Positions 57,690-64,000 of a stretch of 64,000 nt of DNA are shown here, piece by piece; the stretch's first letter is position 1, and every line of letters begins with the position of its first letter. The stretch is taken from NCBI GenBank assembly GCA_963798485.1, contig CAWCTR010000007.1, positions 192,001-256,000 on the forward strand. Direction: 5' to 3'. Under the pieces are notes generated by a model, which was not told where the DNA came from, ran no database searches, and worked only from the letters and a program-made list of their open reading frames with translations. The DNA is from an uncultured delta proteobacterium. Lineage in GTDB: Bacteria > Desulfobacterota > Desulfomonilia > UBA1062. The position numbers and the translations under genes are program-made.

Positions 57690-60638
57690 ATGGGCTTGAG
57701 GGTCGAGGTCGGACTCAAGCCGCACCTCTTTGATGCCCGCGGAGCCAGGGTCAAAAGGCAGATACTTCATGCTTTTCCCCGGTTGTCTAGCCTTGAACGG
57801 ATCTCCTGCTTCGACATCTACCACATGGATTCGGATAACCTGAACCACGCTTGTCTTGAAGAGGCCTTCTGCGACCCGGTCATCCAGGATATCACCATCG
57901 GTGGCATCTTACGGACGGATAAAGGCTGGTATATCGAGGTCGGGTTCAAGCCCGGCGTTACCGACAATGTGGGGCATAGCGCCCAATATGCCTTTGAGCT
58001 CATCTCCGGCAGCACCATAAAGGTCTTTTCCGCACGGGGGTACCTGCTTCAGGGCGGGCTTGACCGCAATACCGCCCAGGCAATCGCCCGGGAATGCCTG
58101 GCCAATTCGCTCATCCACACCATCAGGGTGCTCGGCTACCCCGAGTGCGGGGCTATTGAGCCGGCCATCCCCACCCTCGCCGGGCTCCACGATCCTGTGG
58201 CGGAAGAAATTTCCCTGGACCTCGAAGACGACGCCCTCATAAAGCTCTCCCAGGAGAGGACCCTGGCCTTGAGCGTGGTTGAGATGAAGGCCATCATCAA
58301 CTACCTGAAGGACCCCGACACCCTGAAAGAAAGATCGTTAAAGTCTCTTGGAGGCACAATAACGGATGTCGAGCTCGAGTGCCTGGCCCAGACCTGGTCG
58401 GAGCACTGCAAGCACAAGATTTTCAATGCGGATATCACCTACGAAGAGGACGGAAAGACCGAGCAGATCTCATCGCTGTTCTCAACCTACATCAAGGGCG
58501 CCACATCCAAGATCCGTAAACGTGCCGGGGAAAAAGACATCTGTGTGAGCGTCTTCTCCGACAATGCAGGCGTTATCCGGTTCAATGAGGATTATAACCT
58601 CGTCTTCAAGGTGGAGACCCACAACTCCCCTTCTGCCCTGGACCCATACGGCGGGGCGCTCACCGGCATCGTGGGGGTGAACCGCGACCCCTTCGGCACC
58701 GGCATGGGGGCCAAGCTCATCTTCAACACGGACGTGTTCTGTTTTGCAGACCCGTTTCGTATCGGCAAGCTGCCTCCCAAGATACTCCATCCGTTACGGA
58801 TCTTTGAGGGGGTCCGGGAAGGCGTAGAGCACGGCGGCAACAAATCCGGCATCCCCACGGTGAACGGCTGCCTCGTATTTGATGAGCGGTACCTGGGGAA
58901 GCCCCTGGTCTATTGCGGGACCGCAGGCATCATGCCCGCAACTATCAACGGCGAGCCTTCTCACATAAAACAGATCCTACCAGGGGACCTCATCGTCATG
59001 TCTGGGGGCCCGATAGGCAAGGACGGCATCCACGGGGCCACCTTCTCCTCCGAGGAGTTCAATGAGACATCCCCCACATCCGCCGTTCAGATCGGCGACC
59101 CCATCACCCAGAAGAAGCTCACCGATTTTCTGCTCGTGGCACGTGACAGGGGCCTCTACCATGCCATCACCGACGATGGTGCAGGGGGCTTGTCCTCGGC
59201 TGTGGGCGAGATGGCCACGCAGTGCGGCGGGTGTCATATAGAGTTGGAAAAACCGCCCCTGAAATATCATGGCCTGAGCCCGTGGGAGATCCTGCTCTCC
59301 GAGGCCCAGGAGCGCATGACCCTGGCCATCCCTCGTGAGAAGATCGCAGAGTTCCTCGACCTCTCCTCGGCCATGGGTGTGGAATCGACCGTCATCGGCA
59401 CCTTCACGGATTCCGGTTTCTTCCACTGCACGTATAACGGTAAGAACGTGGCATATATCAGCCTGGACTTTCTCCACAACGGCCTGCCCACCATGAAGCT
59501 CAAGGCCCGCTGGAGGCCGCCTTCAACGGAAACCGGGTTGACACCGGTTCCGGCAGACCATGCCGCCAAGCTCAAAGAGATGCTGGGCAGGCTCAATATC
59601 TGCTCAAAGGAGTATGTGGTCAGGCAGTACGACCACGAGGTGCAGGGCGGCTCGGTCGTCAAACCCCTTGTGGGCGCAGGGTGTGATGGGCCTTCCGATG
59701 CGGGGGTCATCCGGCCGCTGCTGGGTTCCTACGAGGGCGTGGTAGTATCGAACGGCATCGTACCCAGATATTCCGACCTGGACACCTACCACATGGCTGC
59801 CTGTGCGCTCGACGAGGCATTAAGGAACTACGTCTGCGTGGGCGGCAACCCTGATCACTGGGCATTCCTGGATAATTTCTGCTGGTGCGACCCGGTCTCA
59901 AGCGCCAAGAACCCTGACGGCGAATACAAGCTGGCACAGCTCGTGCGGGCGAACAAGGCCCTCTTTGATTACGCCCTGGCCTTTTCCTGCCCCATGATCT
60001 CGGGCAAGGACAGCATGAAGAACGACTATATGGGCACAGATGTAAAGATATCCATCCCGCCCACCATCCTGATATCGGTCATCGGCAAGATCGAAGATGC
60101 ACGGAACGCCGTGACTATGGACCTCAAGCAGGGAGGGAGCCTTATCTATATCCTCGGCGTCACAAAGAACGAACTCGGTGCAAGCGAGTATCTTGCCTCT
60201 TTTGGCATGAAAGGGTCAATGGTTCCTCGGGTGGATGCGGACACTTCCCTGAAGAGATACCGGGACCTTCACCATGCCATGGAAAAGGGCCTTGTCTTGT
60301 CGGCCCATGACTGCTCGGACGGCGGCCTGGCCGTGTGCCTGGCCGAGATGGCCTTTTCCGGGGCATATGGCCTCTCCATAGACCTTGGCAAGGTGCCTGC
60401 CGCATCGGGTATGAACGACACGGAGGTGATGTATTCGGAGTCGGCCGGCAGGATCGTCATAGAGGTCGGTAAGGACAAGGCCACTGAGATAGAAGAGATC
60501 TTCGGCAAGGACGCGGCATGCATCGGCAGTACCGATAAAGCCCCGAGGCTAGTTATAAAATCATCTTCAGGAGACACCGTCGTGCAAGAAGGCATCGATG
60601 CATTAAAGGCTGCCTGGAAGGCGACCCTGGATTTCTGA
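57690..60638 (+). CDS. purL: Phosphoribosylformylglycinamidine synthase PurL with N-terminal PurS-like extension
   Basis: QTWSEHCKHKIF, ETHNSPS, DGIHGATFSS and AHDCSDGG motifs. Confidence 0.95.
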   Translation: MGLRVEVGLKPHLFDARGARVKRQILHAFPRLSSLERISCFDIYHMDSDNLNHACLEEAFCDPVIQDITIGGILRTDKGWYIEVGFKPGVTDNVGHSAQYAFELISGSTIKVFSARGYLLQGGLDRNTAQAIARECLANSLIHTIRVLGYPECGAIEPAIPTLAGLHDPVAEEISLDLEDDALIKLSQERTLALSVVEMKAIINYLKDPDTLKERSLKSLGGTITDVELECLAQTWSEHCKHKIFNADITYEEDGKTEQISSLFSTYIKGATSKIRKRAGEKDICVSVFSDNAGVIRFNEDYNLVFKVETHNSPSALDPYGGALTGIVGVNRDPFGTGMGAKLIFNTDVFCFADPFRIGKLPPKILHPLRIFEGVREGVEHGGNKSGIPTVNGCLVFDERYLGKPLVYCGTAGIMPATINGEPSHIKQILPGDLIVMSGGPIGKDGIHGATFSSEEFNETSPTSAVQIGDPITQKKLTDFLLVARDRGLYHAITDDGAGGLSSAVGEMATQCGGCHIELEKPPLKYHGLSPWEILLSEAQERMTLAIPREKIAEFLDLSSAMGVESTVIGTFTDSGFFHCTYNGKNVAYISLDFLHNGLPTMKLKARWRPPSTETGLTPVPADHAAKLKEMLGRLNICSKEYVVRQYDHEVQGGSVVKPLVGAGCDGPSDAGVIRPLLGSYEGVVVSNGIVPRYSDLDTYHMAACALDEALRNYVCVGGNPDHWAFLDNFCWCDPVSSAKNPDGEYKLAQLVRANKALFDYALAFSCPMISGKDSMKNDYMGTDVKISIPPTILISVIGKIEDARNAVTMDLKQGGSLIYILGVTKNELGASEYLASFGMKGSMVPRVDADTSLKRYRDLHHAMEKGLVLSAHDCSDGGLAVCLAEMAFSGAYGLSIDLGKVPAASGMNDTEVMYSESAGRIVIEVGKDKATEIEEIFGKDAACIGSTDKAPRLVIKSSSGDTVVQEGIDALKAAWKATLDF

Positions 60639-60639
60639 T

Positions 60640-61452
60640 ATGGCTATGGTAAAGGCGCTTGTCATAACCGGTTACGGAACCAACTGTGAGATGGAGATGG
60701 CCCATGCCTGCAGTCTTGCAGGCGCTCAGGCCGATATCGCCCACATCAGCGAGGTATTGAGCGGTAAGTATCCTATCAATGATTATCATTTCCTGAACCT
60801 CCCGGGCGGTTTCCTGGACGGGGATGACCTCGGAAGCGCCCAGGTTGAAAGTGTCCGGTTGAAATATGCACGCGTAAAGACATCCGGAAAAACCCTGTTC
60901 GAGGAGATCAGCACTTTCATCTCCCGGGGCATGCTCATACTCGGGGTATGCAACGGCTTCCAGGCCCTGGTGAAGTCAGGCATCCTGCCCGGAAACCCGC
61001 TGGGAAAGAGACGGGTGTCGCTTACCTTCAACGACTCTGCCAAGTTTGAAGACCGCTGGGTGACACTGAAGGTGAACCGTTTAAGCCCCTGCGTGTTCAC
61101 CATGGGAATAGATCATCTCATGGTGCCGGTCCGCCACGGCGAGGGAAAGTTCGTGTGCGACAGCGATGCAACGCTTGAAGAGATCACGAATGCGAATCTC
61201 ATCACGGTGCAGTATGCCGATGAAAGGTTCTCGCCCACCATGGAATACCCCTCTAACCCCAACGGCTCGGTATCGGCCGTTGCAGGCATCTGCGATTCAA
61301 CAGGCCGCATCTTCGGGCTCATGCCGCACCCCGAGGCCTACACCCACCGCACCAACCACCCCAGATGGACAAGGGAGAACAACCTGCCGGACAGGGGCGA
61401 GGGTATGGCCATCTTCGACAATGCCGTGACCTTCCTCAAGGGCATTGTCTAG
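60640..61452 (+). CDS. purQ: FGAM synthase glutaminase subunit
   Basis: GYGTNC, GVCNGFQ, HGEG and MPHPE motifs. Confidence 0.95.
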   Translation: MAMVKALVITGYGTNCEMEMAHACSLAGAQADIAHISEVLSGKYPINDYHFLNLPGGFLDGDDLGSAQVESVRLKYARVKTSGKTLFEEISTFISRGMLILGVCNGFQALVKSGILPGNPLGKRRVSLTFNDSAKFEDRWVTLKVNRLSPCVFTMGIDHLMVPVRHGEGKFVCDSDATLEEITNANLITVQYADERFSPTMEYPSNPNGSVSAVAGICDSTGRIFGLMPHPEAYTHRTNHPRWTRENNLPDRGEGMAIFDNAVTFLKGIV

Positions 61453-61606
61453 GCACACTGTTCCGGCAACGCCGGAGAGGATTACCGGAGGTGTGAATAA
61501 ACCCGGCTATCCATGTACAGCGTTCTTTGCTGATCGTGCATAAGATCTGAACCAGAGATTCCATTCAGAGATCCGCGGTTGATCACCGGGAACAGTGCAT
61601 GTCGAT

Positions 61607-61628
61607 TTATCGAAGTTATATTCGATAA
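61607..61628. promoter_or_regulatory. Palindromic operator-like site
   Basis: TTATCGAA-gttata-TTCGATAA perfect 8-6-8 inverted repeat in a 490 bp intergenic region. Confidence 0.45.
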
Positions 61629-61941
61629 GAGCAGACCGTTGATCGCGGCACGAACTCTATATGTTCATACATTAATAGGTAGTTCTTTCTAAATTGCTAT
61701 TGATATTCCTTAAAACAGAATTATTATAAACGATTAATGATGTCTTTCAACATTTAGGATTACTCCATCCGACGAACCTGTTTCGCTTCTCTACGAGAAG
61801 CACTCTAAACACCAGACCAAAACAGTCATCAATATGATTAGGCACCCTGGGGGAGGAACAAGCCGAAGATCCTCAAGATCATGCAATAATTATCATTGTT
61901 CATGCGGGGGATAAATACCTTAATATTTAGGAGGAAAACAG

Positions 61942-63300
61942 ATGAAAGTGCTTCTCATTCAACCCCCAAGTATTGACCCATTGTTAGATCAGGTTTTCCT
62001 TTTTGAGCCCTTGGCCCTTGAATACGTCGGAGCGGGTTTGAAGCAGGATGCACATGATGTTTTGCTTCTTGATGCGCGACTTGACCCTGATTACGAGAGA
62101 GCATACCGCCGGTTTCAACCTGACGTGGTTGGACTGACCGGTTTTACCAGCCATGTCAATATCATCAAAACAATTGTTGCTCGACTAAAGTCGATATCTT
62201 CCAGAGTCCTGTTTGTTGTCGGCGGCCACCATGCCTCGGTACGACCAACAGATTTTAATGATTCACTTATTGATATTGTAGTTATTGGCGAAGGAGTCGT
62301 CACTCTACGGGAAATCCTCCGGGCATGGGAAAAGGGAAGCAGCTTCTCTGACATTCACGGAATCGCCATTCCCTGCGTGGACGGTATGATATTCAGCAAA
62401 CCAAGGCCTTACACGGATCTTAACGAACTTCCATTTCCTGATCGCTCTCTAACTGCCAGCTACCGAAAACAGTACTTCAGCGAGTGGTTCAAGCCGCTGG
62501 CCTCTGTGCGCACTTCACTCGGCTGCACGGCGCGTTGCAGCTTCTGCGCCCTCTGGAAGATCACCGATGGGAAATACCTTAGGCGCGATCCCGAAAAGGT
62601 TGTAGAAGAATTGCTTAGTGTGGCGGAACCTAACGTCTTCTTGTGTGACGATGAGTCCATGTGCGATTCAAAGCGGATGGACAAGATGGCCGACCTGATC
62701 GCAGAGGCAGGCATCCACAAGAAGTTCTTCCTCTATGCCAGAGCGGACAACATAGTGAATCATCCCGAACTGTTTGCTAAGTGGGCCAGGATCGGTCTGG
62801 CTCAGGTTTTTGTTGGGATGGAGGATTTCTCGGACAAACGCCTGATAGCCATGAAGAAGGGGATCACTACTGCGCAGCAGGCAGAAGCGGTCAAGATACT
62901 TGATAAGCTAGGGATCATGATGGAGGCCTCATACATAGTTGATCCAGCCTATACCCGCGAAGACTTCAGCTCTTTACTGGCTTATGTCCGAAAGATGAAA
63001 CATAAGTACGTAATATTTACGGTCATGACGCCTCTTCCCGGCACAGAACTCCATGACTCCCGAGAAAATGAGCTTCTTTCACTCAAGCCTGAATTGTATG
63101 ACCTGGTGCATGCCCTCCTACCCACCACGTTGCCGTTGCAGGAATTCTACAAGGAGTATGCCAACCTGTATTCCAAGGCAGTACCGCTGTATAGGTACGT
63201 GCCGACAGTTTTTCGCTTTGGACTGCACGGCATGCTGCTTCGTATCACATTGTTCAATCGAGTTCTCAAAAAGTTCAAGCTGATGCATCTTGATTATTGA
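61942..63300 (+). CDS. B12-dependent radical SAM methyltransferase (HpnR-related)
   Basis: EPLALEY, VGGHHAS, VIGEG, GCTARCSFC, TPLPGT and HALLPTTLPLQEFY motifs. Confidence 0.85.
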   Translation: MKVLLIQPPSIDPLLDQVFLFEPLALEYVGAGLKQDAHDVLLLDARLDPDYERAYRRFQPDVVGLTGFTSHVNIIKTIVARLKSISSRVLFVVGGHHASVRPTDFNDSLIDIVVIGEGVVTLREILRAWEKGSSFSDIHGIAIPCVDGMIFSKPRPYTDLNELPFPDRSLTASYRKQYFSEWFKPLASVRTSLGCTARCSFCALWKITDGKYLRRDPEKVVEELLSVAEPNVFLCDDESMCDSKRMDKMADLIAEAGIHKKFFLYARADNIVNHPELFAKWARIGLAQVFVGMEDFSDKRLIAMKKGITTAQQAEAVKILDKLGIMMEASYIVDPAYTREDFSSLLAYVRKMKHKYVIFTVMTPLPGTELHDSRENELLSLKPELYDLVHALLPTTLPLQEFYKEYANLYSKAVPLYRYVPTVFRFGLHGMLLRITLFNRVLKKFKLMHLDY

Positions 63301-63462
63301 CGGCGATAAATACGAAATTGGGGGGGAATAGGGTCTATTAGGCTTGCAATGCTTGAATTGATATCATTATCAAATTCCCATTACCATGAACGGGCCCTTT
63401 TGTTAGGAGTTTCTCAATAGCGGTGATGCCATTGCGTTTCAATTCGTTTGCAGCAATAGCAT

Positions 63463-63807
63463 TCATAATATGCGGATGAAGTGAGGAATCGTCTCGGGAA
63501 GATCCAGCACGATTTCCATAAAACCGCGGGATTGGCCGCCTGTGTACCAGGGCGTCTGATAGATCATCTTTTTGAGCCCCTTTTTCTCAATGGTGTACAC
63601 GTTGGGTTTCCTTTGTTCCATGAACTGCATGAGCTTTGTCCGGGCAGGCTCAGGATGACAGTCAATCAAATTGGATCCCAACAGGCTTTCTCCGCCCTGC
63701 TCCTGGAACATCTTGGCCGATCGATCATTCATCTCCAGAATAATGCCTTCCTGGTCACAAACCGTAACAGCCCCTGGAAATTCCTTAACCCATTGATGTT
63801 TATCCAT
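63463..63807 (-). CDS. Stand-alone PAS domain protein
   Basis: VTVCDQEGIILEMN, LIDCHPEP and NVYTIEK motifs. Confidence 0.8.
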   Translation of the reverse strand: MDKHQWVKEFPGAVTVCDQEGIILEMNDRSAKMFQEQGGESLLGSNLIDCHPEPARTKLMQFMEQRKPNVYTIEKKGLKKMIYQTPWYTGGQSRGFMEIVLDLPETIPHFIRIL

Positions 63808-64000
63808 CTGTATATTCCAACCTTTCTTTAGTTTCATGACGTATCATTGCTTGATAACCGCCAAGGGGATGTACATACCTATGTATGATGTAACATTCTC
63901 CACGCAGGCTGACAATTACCATATCCCGTTGCGGGTGATCTTCTCAGATTACAATCAACGAATGCAAAACTTCTGCAACGAAATTGACACTAAGATCTGT

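Noticed and set aside
1-64000. CRISPR arrays, tRNA/rRNA genes, prophage, defence systems and selenoprotein read-through
   Set aside because: No regularly spaced repeats, cloverleaf or rRNA signatures, or phage/defence motifs were seen by eye. The split genes change frame rather than reading through an in-frame TGA.

Overview
Chromosomal segment, most likely from an anaerobic Deltaproteobacterium/Desulfobacterota (inferred from DUF6178, a long PurL plus PurQ, the yggT-divIVA-DUF167 block, a split MetH and many acyl-CoA dehydrogenases). It starts in an IS5-family transposase, followed by an attC-like site and a frameshifted methyltransferase. It then carries acyl-CoA metabolism genes: four ACADs, including an lva/ACAD10-11-like phosphatase-ACAD-TetR-kinase operon divergent from etfBA. 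Further on are RNase R, TolC, a hybrid kinase, a PerR-rubrerythrin/CcdA-TlpA stress module, a TPR-glycosyltransferase, a split methionine synthase, moaA/moeA, smc, and the core block rho-rpmE-prfA-prmC-murA-hisD-tRNA nucleotidyltransferase. The end holds a degenerate-GGDEF/HDOD plus GAF-adenylate cyclase pair, dksA-purL-purQ and an HpnR-like B12 radical SAM gene. I found no rRNA, tRNA or CRISPR array. The most notable items are the lva-like kinase/ACAD module, the GGDEF*-HDOD/cyclase pair, two integron-cassette-like relics without an integrase, an SMC with altered signature and hinge motifs, and several single-site frameshifts and gene remnants. All family calls come from motif recognition by eye, not database searches.
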